64,000 bases of DNA, from assembly GCF_009914755.1 (NCBI RefSeq), contig NC_060925.1; one strand, written 5' to 3'. A program made the position numbers and the translations under genes. Below are positions 43,536 to 57,400 of the stretch, piece by piece. Under the pieces are notes generated by a model. The model had not been told where the DNA came from and did no database searches. It worked only from the letters and a program-made list of their open reading frames with translations. Numbering within the stretch: the first letter of the stretch is position 1; each line of letters begins with the position of its first letter. The stretch comes from the human T2T-CHM13v2.0 reference genome, Homo sapiens.

Positions 43536-45599
43536 CCAAAGGGTATGATCTGTTTAACTTCACTGAAATATTATAGAGAAATCCTGACATCCAATTTTAC
43601 TTATTGGCGAATGATGTGAAATTCTAGAACGTAGTGAGACAGAGTTCTTAGGCCAAACACAAGAGCTGGTCTCATTACTTCAAACTTGACACTTACAGTC
43701 ATATTTCTGTGCATATGCAGTGCATGTCTTTGTCTTCCCAATAGCAGCCGAGAATATTCTGGTCCTTTCTGCTCCACTCCACTCCTTATTAGTTTCTTTT
43801 AAAATCAATAGGGAGGGTCCACCAGGTACACGGTTAGGTTTTTAAGAGAAAGAAGCTTAATGTACCAGCTTCCTCCTGTTCATGATATTGTCTGAGGAGC
43901 TGTCTCACTCTCCCTCCTGGGGCCTGAGACTTGGGAAGATGTTATATTTTGAGTTACCCATTCTAGGCTGCTGGTCTCCTTTGGACTCACATGGCCTGTG
44001 TGGCTTTAACATTTCAGCCAAAGAGACTGCTTTTAGCCACTTTGTTTCCATCAAACATAGGCAGTCATTGCATTCACAGGACAAGTGTTGCAAAAAAAAA
44101 GCCACAAGTGGTTGGCTCCCGAAAGTCATCACTGAGCAAAAATATCAGAGAAGTGTGCTTGGGTTTTGCCACTGAAGGCAGCAGTAAGCCACAGAGGAAA
44201 ACAGGAAGTGATACAGTGAGTCAGACCTAAGAAACTTAGTCTGTGGGGAGAAGGATGTATCTTTGCTGACAACAGACTTGAAGGTTAGGTATATCCTGGC
44301 TTCTGTTTGTAGTCATTTCTGACTCCATCTTTCATAATTGATCTGGTCTCTCATTAAATCCCTTCCTGGAAATAATCCTTCCCTGTACTGCCACTTGGGA
44401 CAATGGGCTTCATTGCTTTCGGGATAGTTTCAAGATCTAATGTGAATAATTACAGCCATTGTTACAGAGGTCTTATCACTCACAGAACCCAGAGTTCTGT
44501 GAGTGATATATATATATGTCACATATATACTTGACATATATAATCACATATATTTAATGTTCACATGTACCATGGGATATGTATGAGTGTCTCTATTTTT
44601 ATAGACAAGGAAACAAACATTAAATAACTTGCCCAAGATCACAGAGCTGATAGAGCTGGTATTTGAACCTAGGTCCTACTCCTTTACCGGAGCTCTTAAT
44701 TCCCATTCCACATCATCCCCAGAGCTAGTCCTTGGTGGCCACTGGTATTAGCCAACCAGGCAACTGGGCTGGGTCCAGAGTAGCTCATTTAAGCCCAGTC
44801 ATGTCTGGAATAGTACATGATAGATTGTACTTGGATCAAATCCTACCGCTTCTTCTCTATAATTTCTCCTGAACTTCTTCCATTGTTGCAGCCTAGCTTG
44901 GGTCCTTACCCACTATGCCTGGGCTGTTTTTGATTTTTTTCAAACACTTACATGCTCTCAGTCTTTCCTATTCTAATTAATCATGCTCACTGTTGTCAAA
45001 ATAATCTTCCGCCGCACAGCTCTGTTCTCAACTGTAACAGTCACACTCAACACTATATTTAAGGGCTTAACAGGTTGCTAGGTGTTTTCATAGTCACCAT
45101 GTAATTTTATCTTCACTTTTTTGTGGTGGTTTTTTTTTTTTTTTTTTTTTTACAAATAAAGAAACTGAGACCAAGCCAGATGTAGACTTGTCCAAGGTCA
45201 AATACTGAGTGATTGGCAGAGCTGGAACTCAGTTTTAGACATAACTTCAAGTCCAATTATCTTAATAATTTTTACATGATGTACTGTTGTCTCAAAATGT
45301 CAATACTGAGAGCAGGTACCTGAGACTTCCTATCACCTTATGCTGTAATTTGCAAGAGTAATCTCCTCATGCTTTATAGACCATTTAAATCTAACATCTT
45401 TATAAGATCTGGCCTCCTGTCATTCATCTCCCGAAGGCAGCACATCCCCAAATTCTCTGTGCAGCTTCTAATGTACTAAATGAGTTATCACATGAAAAGA
45501 GATGGGCACAGTGCTTTTAATAAGTGTTAGTCATTGTCGTCATAACCCTTCTCCCACCTCACTCAAATTCTTCAACTCTGATTTCTAAAACTCCAGTCT

Positions 45600-47470
45600 A
45601 CAATTCAGAAATTCCCTGACCATCCCCTTCACAAGATTTTCAATTCTCGTCCACTGATGCCTGATAAAACCCTAATCCTGGTTAAACCCATTGCCCACTT
45701 ACTCAGCACCAAGAGGACTACTGGGAGAAACATACACAATTGTGTTGACTGAGTCACTTCAAAGCTACAATCACAGATGTCAAATTGGCACTTGACACCA
45801 CCAAATGATGTAAGTGTCCTTTCATAGTAAATTTATTTTCCCACTCTTTGAGAGATTGTATCTTTTGTCTTCTCTCTCCTAAAATCTCCAAAATCTCTGT
45901 CTAGCTCATGACTGACTGGCCTATATACTTCAGAAAGAAAATATTCAAAATCAAATTAGATCTACCTTTTCAATCCACCTCAAGTCCACAAACCAAACTG
46001 CATGTGTATCAATACATTCTGCCATCCCATCTGCCACAGTAGATGAAGTTTCTATCTAGTATAGCCTCTGCAATATTGTTCTGGGCTGCAACCCAGGACA
46101 AAAACCCTCTTGTTTTCACCTTATAATTACCTTCTCTTTTACATCATCAAGATCTCCTTATATACTGGATCCTTGTGACTGGCATAAAACATACTGTTAT
46201 ATTTCTATTTTTTTAAAAAAACAGTACAAACAACCTAACCAGAAAAACCTTTCCCTTGACCTCTTACCCCCAACAGCCTCCATCGGATTTCTCCATTTCC
46301 CCATCCCATCAAGATTCAGCTTTCTCATCTCCCCATTGGCTTCTCTTCAGTCCACTTGAATGGATTTGTGTTCTCATCATTGCACTGAAGTGGCCCATGT
46401 CAAGGTCATCACAGACCTCTCTCTTGACAGAACCAATGACCAATTCTTTATCCTTATTTTCCTTGGCTTCTCAGCAGCATCTTGGCTCCGTCTTGAAACA
46501 CTTCTCAATTTTTCCTCCTAGCTCTCTGGCTGTTTTGTCTTCCCCAGGGATCTGTCCTCTTCTCATCCTGTGTTCTTTTACTACATGAGTTCAGACTGTT
46601 CCACAGCTTCAAATATCCTTCTGATGCTGATGATTCTCAAATATCTGTCTCTAGCTGGAGTTTCTTCCCTGAACTCCAGACTTATATATCCAACTATCTT
46701 CTGCCTTTCTATTTAGATGCCTATTAAATATCTTAAACTTACGTGACCAAAACTAGCTCCCCAACCCCCAGTCTTTTTCTATAAAGTCTTTCCCATCTCA
46801 GTAAATGGCATATCAGGCTAAAATCTTGGACTCATCTTGATTCCTTTCTTTCCTTCATGGACTGCATTCAGGTCTCTGTAAGTCCTGTTGCTCCACCACC
46901 AAAATATATCCTCAACCTGTCTGTTTCTCATCAACTCCTTGCTAGAGCTCACATCCCAATCACCATCATGTCCCACCAGGAGAGAGGTACTGGTCCCCTA
47001 CAATCTAGTATCCTCACCACAGCCCAAATGATCCTTCTAAATGCACAAGTCACTTCAGGCCATGCCCCCTCTGCCCCACCCCATCTTCCACGGATTCCCA
47101 TTACTCTTGGAGTAAAATCTAAATTCCTTACCATGGCCAGAATGTTCGGTGTGATCTGGACATTTCTTCTTCCATTACTTCATCTCCCTTGACCCAACTC
47201 ATTCTTTATGCCCCAATCATGCTGGCCTTTTGTCCCTGGAACACCCCCAAGCTTTTCCTGTCTAACAGTCTTTACATGTGCTGTTCTTTCCACTTGAGAC
47301 ATTCTTCACCCAAATATTCATATGGCTGCTTCCCAGATATATTGTCTATTGTCTAACTCTCTGTGTTAGAATATAAGTTCCCTGATGGCAGGGCTTCTGC
47401 CTGTTTTGTTCACTGCTTTATGCCCAGCATCTTGAACAATCTGCGGGGTACAGTATGTGTTGAATAAATC
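45600..47470 (+). mobile_element. L2a 3' region
   Basis: cttccctgaactccagacttatatatccaact...cccatctcagtaaatggca...tgttttgttcactgct...tgttgaataaat terminus. Confidence 0.8.
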
Positions 47471-48006
47471 CTTACAGCCTGATTATCTCTTCTAACACCT
47501 TCATTGGCTCCTTAAGATAGGAATTCTTCTTTAGCTGAAGAAGAATTCAAGGACTACAACAATGAAGCCACTCCACCCTCTCGAACTTTATTTCTGCCTA
47601 CTGTTTTAAGTCAGCTCTCCTTCAGCATGAGAATACTTCGTCTTTTCTTGGTCTGTTTCCTCTGCCTGTAGTGTCCTCACCATACCACTCTTCTTGTTTA
47701 AATTTTACACTTGTACCCAAGCTTAGCCTAAGAACGATTAGGACTTGAGGCTCTCCTGGATCACACAGGCCATAGCAATCTCTCTCTATCCCAAATTCCT
47801 ATTTCTTTGATATTTTCTCCTTTCTCAAAATGCTATACTGTGTTGTTAGTGTTTTTTTAACATCTGTCTGTTTCTCCTATTAAATCATACATACCTGAAA
47901 ACAGAGAATTGATCATAAAATGTTTTGAATCCCTAGTACCTTCAGAGAAGACGCATACATTACAGGCATTCTATGTTTGCTCATGAACAAAATGCATATA
48001 CTAATG

Positions 48007-48228
48007 CAAGCTTGTTCAACCATGGCCCGCAGGCCACATGTGGCCCAGGATTGCTCTGAATGTGACCCAATACAAATTTGTAAACTTTCTTAAAACGCTA
48101 TGTGATTCTTTTTGTGATTTTTTTTTTAGCTCATCAGCTATTGTTGTGTTAGTATATTTTATGTGTGGCCCAAGACAATCTTTCTTCTTCCAGTGTGGCC
48201 CAGGGAAGTCAAAATATTGGACACCCCG
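48007..48228. mobile_element. MER30 hAT element
   Basis: ggcccgcaggccacatgtggcccagg...aaatttgtaaactttcttaaaac...tgtggcccagggaag...ttggacacccc. Confidence 0.85.
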
Positions 48229-49381
48229 TTCCTATTCTTCAATCAGTATAGTCTAACAACACTATTAGCAGCCATTTATTTACTGCTTATTGGGTTCTAG
48301 GCACTATGCAAAGTGTTTTTAACACCTAGTTAATCTTTTATTAGAGAAGGATACTTGACTGATAGGATTTTGTCATTACCAACTTTTTATCAATCTTACA
48401 CGGACTTCTAGGCCATATTTCTTCATTATACACCTCAAAATTTTATTTTTCCAACATTTTCTTACTCCTATTGTGTTCTATATTTTTAGAATTCAGGACA
48501 GAAGGTAAGTATAAGAATGAAATAAAATGCGATATGTAAAGTGCTTAGCACTAGAGGTGGCATGTGTTGGGAGATCAATGATGAAAGCTATAATTTACAG
48601 GTTCTTCTCAAATGAACTCTACCTGGCTAGCATGGTAGTGTGCATATTTGTAATTTACAATCATTAAAATCTTTATTGATGACACGTGCATTTCTGTGTA
48701 CTGAGAGCTTATACTCTCAGCCCTGTGGGAGAAAACAAGAGAACATAAGGTCTGGCTGGCCTCTCTCTGAGGCCAGAGAGACTCTCCCTACTTGGGAGTC
48801 GAGACCGAGAGCCATGAAACAGGGATAATAAGGGACAGCACTTTATCGAGAGGTAAATGGAGTCATAATAATAGCAACACCTCATTATTTTATGGAGTTG
48901 ATATAGTCTTTTATTTGCTCTTCTCAACATTGCAAAATCACTCTATAGATGAAGAAACTGAAGTCCTGAAATCTGATTCTCCCTTCAAAAGCGACAGTGT
49001 CTAAGTTCAAGCCCATTATTCTCGCTTTGGGTTCAGTGCCCTTGTCAATACAGTTTTCATTCATTCATTTGCTCATTTGTTCATGCATTCAGCAGATTTT
49101 TTTTGGTAACAACTACATGCCACGCACTGTGCTAGGTGCTTGGAATACAAAGCAATAAGATGCCACCCATATCCTTTAGGGCCTAGAACATAGGGAAAGT
49201 GGCAGAAAAAGTATGTATTAAAGAAATTCGCAAAGGAGATTCCTGAGGGCTGGTTCAAGAAATACTGTCACAGTGAACCAGCTCCTTATTTCATCATTTC
49301 ATCATCATTCATTCAGTCATTTAACAAATATTTGCTGGGCATCTACCACGTGACAGACAATGTGCTAGGTCCTGAGACTAA

Positions 49382-49808
<427 letters not shown>

Positions 49809-50534
49809 ATGGTCTCTCTTTTCAAACCTCTCCTTTATGCTACATGCCCTATTCCATTTAAAGTTCCTAAAATCACCCCCAGACACTCAAGACAGAACTT
49901 GGGAGTTTTCTCTATGCCTCCCTTTTGCTCATCTACCTACAATCAACTCTTGGCTATGTCCTTTCAAGCCTATGTCCTAAGCTTCTGTTCCTTCCTCTCC
50001 ATTCCCACTGTTACTGCTCTAGCTCAGGTCCTCACCACCTTTTGCCCAGTAGCCGTGAAATGTCCAAAGTGGTCTCTTCACCCCTGGCCTGAGACCAGCA
50101 GCCACTGCCCATGCATCCCATGCATGCTCCACCTACACTTTTCTTACCTGTAGAGTGACCTTTCTAAATCCAAATTCAACCTGACATTTCTGTGCTAAAA
50201 TCTTTTTGAGCGTGCCTGTCCTTTCAGCTGAAGCCCAAATGCCTTCTTATACATCAGAGCCTCTTGGCGGGGCTCCTGCCCACTTTCTAGCCTCAGTTTC
50301 TGCTGTTCCTCCCTAACCACCTCCACTGCCCACGTTCACACCCCCGTGCTCTACTGATGAATAACAGAAAATAGTCCCTGCTTTGGGAAGCCATTTCAAC
50401 ATCTTCCCCTAGGTTAGGTGGATTGGTTACTTTCTCTTTTAGCCACCATTGTACATCACACATAATAAAAAGCATAGCTACTGATGACTGAGCACAGCAA
50501 TTCATGCATCATGCCAGACCCAGAGGCAATAACA

Positions 50535-50760
50535 ATAGTGTTTAAGGACATGAACTTTGGAGATAGCAAGATGGGTTCAAATCCCAATCTGTCATTTGTT
50601 TAGCAGAATGATCTAGGGCAAGTTACTTAAGGTAACATCTCATTGTTTTTCATCTTTAATATGGGCATAATAAAACCCCTTCATTGAATTGTTGCAAGGA
50701 TTAATGAAACAACAATGAAACAGTTTTGTACACTTTAATGTACAAAAAGTGCTTAGCATT
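50535..50760 (+). mobile_element. MIR
   Basis: gggttcaaatccca...gggcaagttacttaa...gttgcaaggattaatga. Confidence 0.7.
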
Positions 50761-51251
50761 TTATGATGTAACAGTGATATCTGTTACATCATGAGCTATT
50801 ATTAAGTTAAAGTCATAACTACTGTGGCTGTATTAGCCTTTTTACATATACCATAATGAATCTGCCCAAAAACCCTGGAAGTTTTCATTATTTCCATTTT
50901 ACAACTAAGGATATTACTTGCTCAAAGTCATATAATTAGAAAGCAGCCAAGTTAGGGTTTAAGTCCACACCACAAAACACTATTATAGCACTTATCAGAT
51001 CTTTTGGAAAGTATTTACTTGTGTACCCAGCGCTCTTCCAGGATGGGAAGCTCCCACATGGCAAAGACCTTGTCATATTCATATTTCCCATAGGAAAAAT
51101 TTAGGAAAGAATGAACAAATAAATAGCTATGTATTCAGCCAGGGGAGACTGATGGCTGTGAGATTCCAATCCTGGAAGAGGAGGGAAGTGGCTGGTATGG
51201 TCACTGTGGCAATGGAACGAGAGCCATCCCCTCTGCTCCTGGGTCACTCAC

Positions 51252-51371
51252 TCATTGCTTCAATCTGCACATGGATGAGGTTCTCGATGTCTTCCTGCAG
51301 TGTCTGATGGGGCTTCAGGGGGATGGGCAGGTAGCCATAGTGCTCTCTGTTGCAGAGGTACATCTGGATGC
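51252..51371 (-). CDS. COLGALT2: COLGALT2 putative exon 6
   Basis: gatcctcag|GC acceptor and A|gtgagt donor; 120 nt. Encodes GIQMYLCNREHYGYLPIPLKPHQTLQEDIENLIHVQIEAM. Confidence 0.96.
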
Positions 51372-54300
51372 CTGAGGATCCAAGAGAGGGACAAAGCCAA
51401 CAATCAGAAAACATACTGCTGAGTGACAAGCGAGGAGAAGGAACCTGAACTGTGTCTGATGCTGAGTTTGACACTGCAATTAAATAAGTGGTTGTTTCAG
51501 GTATGTCTATAGACCTAAAAAATGCTCCTTTATTAAAAAAGTAAAACACAGCATTGGGGACTAATAAAAACACTCGGCTATTCTTCAGCCCAGAGGAAAT
51601 TGATTTTTTCCCTCTGAAGAAAAAGCAAACTCATGGCCTGGAATGAACAAAAAAGGCATGAAAGGATCAAAAGGGAGGCAAGGAATTCCCATTCTGGAGA
51701 GCAGAATGGAACACTGTAATCCACCTACAGGAAATAACAAGAAAATGAGGAATGAAATCCACATTTGATATGAAAGCAAACAGGAAAATTCTGTAACGCT
51801 GACAGATTATTAAAGCTAAATCTAGGCATACATAGAACAAAAAAACGAAAAAACGAAGGAAATTTAAAATTCTCCAAGATTCTCCCTGGTTTTATTGCTT
51901 CCCTTAGCAGGCATGGATTTGGAGCCAACCAACAGACATGAAACTTCCAAAATCAGTTCATATAGAGACAAAAGAGTCTGCATTTCAGAATGTCCTGTTA
52001 AGAACCTGTAGTGTGACAATACCAGAAGTATGCAATACCCTTCTCATATTCAAATTGTTCTTCATAGCCCCACCTGATAACTTGCAGAGTTATAAGGCAT
52101 CTGTGTTTAACCAGACAGCTAGAAATATAGGAATCAGGATGGTCTCATACACATCATTGGTCAGCAATTGACACTCCTGATCAATGAAAAGACTGCTTAG
52201 TGAAAAGGATGAGTCCGCCATGTATCCAAGCCTCTGGTCCATGTATCCAAGCCTGTGATTTGTTAATTGCGATAATTGTCAGTGTTTTCCAGAGAGATAA
52301 TTATCTGCATAGGGACTCCTCTATTTTGTGCAGATGAAATTTCCTCCAGTCAGCTACATCATCTGTCAAATCAGGTGAAGCTGTCTCATGGCATTAACAG
52401 AGAGGAAGGAGAAAAGAAAATAACCTTTATTCCCTGCTTTTACTGAATCTGGCTTGAATCAAGGCTGGTCTACCAAGCACTGTCCCTTCTCTTGCCTTCA
52501 CCGAGCAAACTCATTAGCTCTGCTGTTTGCCCATATGAATGCTTCTGGGGAGCTTCAAAGTGCACCTTCTTGTAAAGTCATGATGAATTCAGGAAGTGGA
52601 AGGAAAAATATATTAAAGTTGCATCTCTACCCTAATTAGGCAAACCATTTTACCATTTAACTTTCTGAGGCTTCCATAAAAAAATGATATGATACCTATC
52701 CAAATTATCCATCAAGTGTGAGGGTACAAGGAAGGCATTTTTAGACATGCAAGACCATAATATATTTACTTGCCATCATACTTTCTCAGAAAGCTGCTGG
52801 ATGATGTGAGAGAAGGACGAGGAGGAAAGGAAGGAAGAGGAGGAGGAGGAAGAAGAGGAGGACGATTATAACCAACAAGAAAGATTATAAACAACACGAA
52901 CAGGAGAGTCAGTGTATAAGAGAAGAGAAATAAGTCTTAGGTTGATAGCTTCAGCACCACTTGGATTAGAATATATTAGAAAGCTCCAGAACAGACGTCT
53001 TCGCAAATATGCAAAAAAGGACATCTGACAAATCTGGACATTCTGAGAGGAGTTTGAGGTAATTAGTGATTAGTTTTGGATCATACTAGTAATAATAAAA
53101 CTAAGCAAAAAAGGCAATTATTAAAGGAATTGCCTCCAAAGAAAATTAATGGCAAAGGAAAACTAATCATAGCCTATGAATGACCAAGCTTGGAGTTAGG
53201 CTTGCATGATTACAACAAGAACACTGACCATCAATCTGTTTGAAATTACAATGGGAGAACAGGGTGATGAGAAGAATGTGTTTGCATGCAGAGGGCAAAA
53301 AGGAAGAAAAAGAGCTAACTCCTCACAGTCTATAGTGGAGAGTCAACAAATAATGCCCACGGTGAAGCCAGAAAATCAAGAAGTAGCAATGCATGCATAT
53401 TATTTAACATGGAAGTAAATATTAGAGATAAAAGTGGTTGCCTTCTGGAGGACAGAAGTGATGCAGGGTGATGTGCAGGGGACTGTTCATTTCTTAATAA
53501 ACCATGGGGAACTATATGAATACTTTCAACCATGTGCATGGGCAGTTTGATAACAGAAAATTTAAAAGAAAATGTGTTAATAATTAGATAAAGTCTATGA
53601 AAGAGTCTGCACTCCCAGTGAATGCTGCTTCTGGGGAAGACAATTTTTCTTTTGAAAAAGAGAAGTGAATTACGCTACATTTTGAAGGACTGTTTTTCTT
53701 TTAAACATATTAAACATTTTCTTGTACTCATATAGTACCTTAACATTGCAGATTGATGTAATTATCCCTATCTTTGGTGATGAAAAATCAGATTCAGGCT
53801 GTCACTTGTCCAAGGTCACATAGTAAGTCATTAGTGCCAAATCTTTGTCCCTAAAGAGCCAATGCCAAGTGCTTTCTACCCAGTCAGTAATTGGAAGCTC
53901 AGTTCCAAGACCATTAGTCACTAGGGGATTGCCATCCCTCCACAAGGGGACAAATTTGATCACTACCAGTGGTGTTCAGGATCTGTCTGCCCATTGCCCA
54001 TATCACTCACCTCTTTTGACTCACATCAGACATTTGGAAGACGACTGGCTGGCACTGGGATGATTCCTGTGGCCATGATACAGAACCCAGATCACTGGCC
54101 ACAATGGGAGGTGAACTCTTGACCCTGGACTCATTACAGGAACAGAGACGCGCCTATGACCATATGTGCTCTCTTCTTGGGCTAGAAGGGTGGCCAAGCC
54201 CTGCTCACCAGCACACTTGGATTGCTCCTCACTCATCACCCACATGGGGCAATGGCTAGAGTCTGGGGTGAAAGATTTAGGACCAAGGTTTGTGGTTGGA

Positions 54301-56627
54301 TGGTCCTGCCTGGGACATAGATGATACACAGCTAGGGAGCTTCAGAAGAGTGAGAACAAAAGAATACCAATCATATTTCATGAAGAAAGAGGAAAGTGCT
54401 TTGCTTTGAAACTAAGGAAGGAAGAGCCTGGAGACATGCCCTGGGCTGCACATGACTCCCAGGCTCATTCATGTTTCTCTTGAAAATACTTAGAGATAAG
54501 TACAATATTACCTTAAAATCCACAGTTGTCAAGAAAGACCTTTCATTTCCCCAAAATGACAGTGAATCTTTCCTGCCTTGACTCCTGCCCTGTTCATGGT
54601 CTGCACCGCCAGTCTGGCCCTTAGCTTTCACTGCTTCATGACTATTAGTTGTGTTTTCACATGTAAAAATCTTAACTCCCAACTAACACCGTACCAGGAA
54701 CAGAAGGAAACACTTGGGAGTTCATCCTCTCTCTTTCCTTTTCTATCTCCTCTTCCCAAATGAGTCACCAAACAACTTTGGGTGTCTACCTGCTTTCAAT
54801 GTTCTAAAAAAGCCTTTTCAAAGTCTGACCAATAACACACAAAATCCTGGTGAACAGGCCAAGCACAGGGCAGAGCTGAAAAATTCCTGCTTAACCTGAA
54901 TCATTTTTCCCATACCAATATCCAGGTATTGGTTTCATACAATGTATCATAATAATTTAGTTCATTGCATCATAATAATGCTTTGTGCAGTGACTATAAA
55001 GGAGGACTCTGTTAGGCAGTGTCATTCGTGTAATTGTTAATATCTCACTTTCTTGGAACATCCTAACTTCAACCTCTGAAGGAAAGGGATTGGCACTCAA
55101 AGGACTCAAAAAGCCCTGACTTTGCTTCCCATCCTGGGGAAGTCAGAGCAAATCACAGACCAACTGAAAGAAGGAGTTTCCATTAACACTGACATAGGAA
55201 TCTTTACAAAAATCTTCCAATCATATGAGGATTGCTTTTGCCTAGACATAAGGGCTACAAAATGCCTACACCTGGCCAAAGGGTCTAAATTGCTCCAGCA
55301 GCCAAGGGGGAAATCAGCCTGACCCATTTCTACCAAATATTCTTATTCTCAGCAAATCTACAACTGATGAGTGGGACATCTATGGCTTTAAGGAGAGTCT
55401 GATGTGTGAATTGTAGCTTGAATTTGTATTAACATTCTCATCTGCCAGCCACTTCCTCAGCTGCCGGAGGATCTTTGCACCATCTTTTCCACCCTCAGTT
55501 ATGTGGCCACAGTGAGTTTATTCACCATCTTCTTGGTTTATGAACGTATTTTTGCTAGTGGTTAAGTGACACATTTCTGGCACATTAATAATGGGACCCA
55601 ACTTCTGTCAGGAAAGTCTGAATTATCCTAACAAAGCTTTGCTCTGTTAGATGCCATGTGTCTTGCTGTTGAACTGCTCTTGTGAATTTTGTCCTCCTGA
55701 AGCAAGTGTAGGGTGAAATGAGAGAAATAACTTTCCTTCCTGTTGACTTGTCTTTCTCAAAAATCTCCAGGCCCCACTAGAAATGCTTTCCCAGTGGTTC
55801 ATAAAAGACCTCAGTCTCGCTTTGCCTCTCCTTCCACAGGGACTGAGGCTGAGACTGTTCGGTGCCTCTTTATCTGTTCTTTCCTTCTTCTAGAGTGTGA
55901 AAATTGCAGTGCATGCATGCAGAGAATAAAGACGACATTCTGAGCCTCCCTTACAGTGAGGTATTGTCCTGTGACTAAGCTCTAGCTAACAGGATTTGCA
56001 TGGAAGTACTGCATTCAACTTCTGGATTGCACACTTCAAGGGACAGGGAGAGTTCTCCCTGTTGTTTCTGCCTTGCTGGCTGAAACGCATCCATGGTGGT
56101 GAGACACCTGGGACTCCACAATTAAGGGCAGTACCTCGTGGAGTGTGAGAAGCAATACACAAGAAGCCTGGGACTCTGAACACTTTGTGGAACAAAGCCA
56201 CTACAGCAGCTCAGACTTTTTCAAGAAGAAATAAACTTCCATTTTTAAAGTCTGGGGTCTTTGCCAGTGTTGTTTTAGGCCTCTGTGACAGTTTCCTAAT
56301 TAATACATGAACTTCTATAATAAACAATTGCAATGCAGTAGCACCACAGAGAAGCAATCACCTTCCCATAATTCCCAATATCACCACCAGTCCCTCCAAC
56401 TCAAAATAGAGTGGGTTCCTGGGTAGAGGCCAGCCCTGGCTCTTGGTCATTGGTGCTCCCAGGGACAGCAACATAGAGGGTGCTGGTATGGTTATTGCAG
56501 ACAATTTACTGCCTCTCACTACCAGAAATATGAGGGTTTTTTTTTTTTTAATAAAATGCACAAAACAAAGGAGCTGGTCATTTTGCTGTGTCTCCATTGT
56601 GGCACTACAACCAAAGACAAACAGTAC

Positions 56628-56832
56628 CTGCTTGCCTGCTGGAGAAGGCAAAGACAATGATGTCATCAAAGGTCCAGGTGTAGTCCTGGTGTGGGGGGTA
56701 GAAAGTCAGCTTGTCCGAGGCCTCCTTCCTGAGGTCAATTAGGAAGGTGGAGTGGACCATGGGGACGGGGAAGCAGCCTGTCCTCTTCCATTCTCGAATC
56801 TGAACGTAGTCTGGGGTCCTCTTATAGAAGCC
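56628..56832 (-). CDS. COLGALT2: COLGALT2 putative exon 5
   Basis: ctcttttacag|GGC acceptor and G|gtactg donor; 205 nt. Encodes [37 protein letters not shown]...[14 protein letters not shown]. Confidence 0.96.
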
Positions 56833-57144
56833 CTGTAAAAGAGCAAATAGGTGGGTTGTGTTTTCTGATTTGAAGTCTTCATCCTTCTCAGTCATTTGCT
56901 AGACTGATTCCTTTCAAGTCATTACCAGCTATATACAAGCTCCCAAACAAAGCCACCTTCACTCCTCTTATCATGGCCTATGAATTTCCAAGTGAGCACA
57001 AGAAATGCTGTCTACATATAAAATAATACTAAAAGGGTCTTGATATAAGAAGTAACTTTTATTTCAGCATATCTCTAGATTTAATAATTTCATAAAAGTG
57101 TATTTTACGTTGACTTATGATTAAATATGAAGCATGAGTATTAA

Positions 57145-57400
57145 GAAGTGGCAGAGCAGTTAAGGGCACAGGTTCCAGTGTCAGACTCCCTGAGTTCAAA
57201 TCCTACCTCAGCTACTTATTGTCTGTAGGTATGGGTCAAGTGACTCAACCTTGCTGCGCTTATTTCCTCATCTCTAAAACAGGGATGACGGCACTATCTA
57301 CTCCATGGGGTTAGCTGTAAAATTTAAGTAAGGTAGAACCTGAATAGTGTTGAGACTACTGCCCAGCACCAAGAATGTATCAGCAAATACCGGCTCCTAT
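57145..57400 (+). mobile_element. MIR
   Basis: gttaagggcacagg...gagttcaaatcct...ggtcaagtgactcaacc...tttcctcatctctaaaa. Confidence 0.75.
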
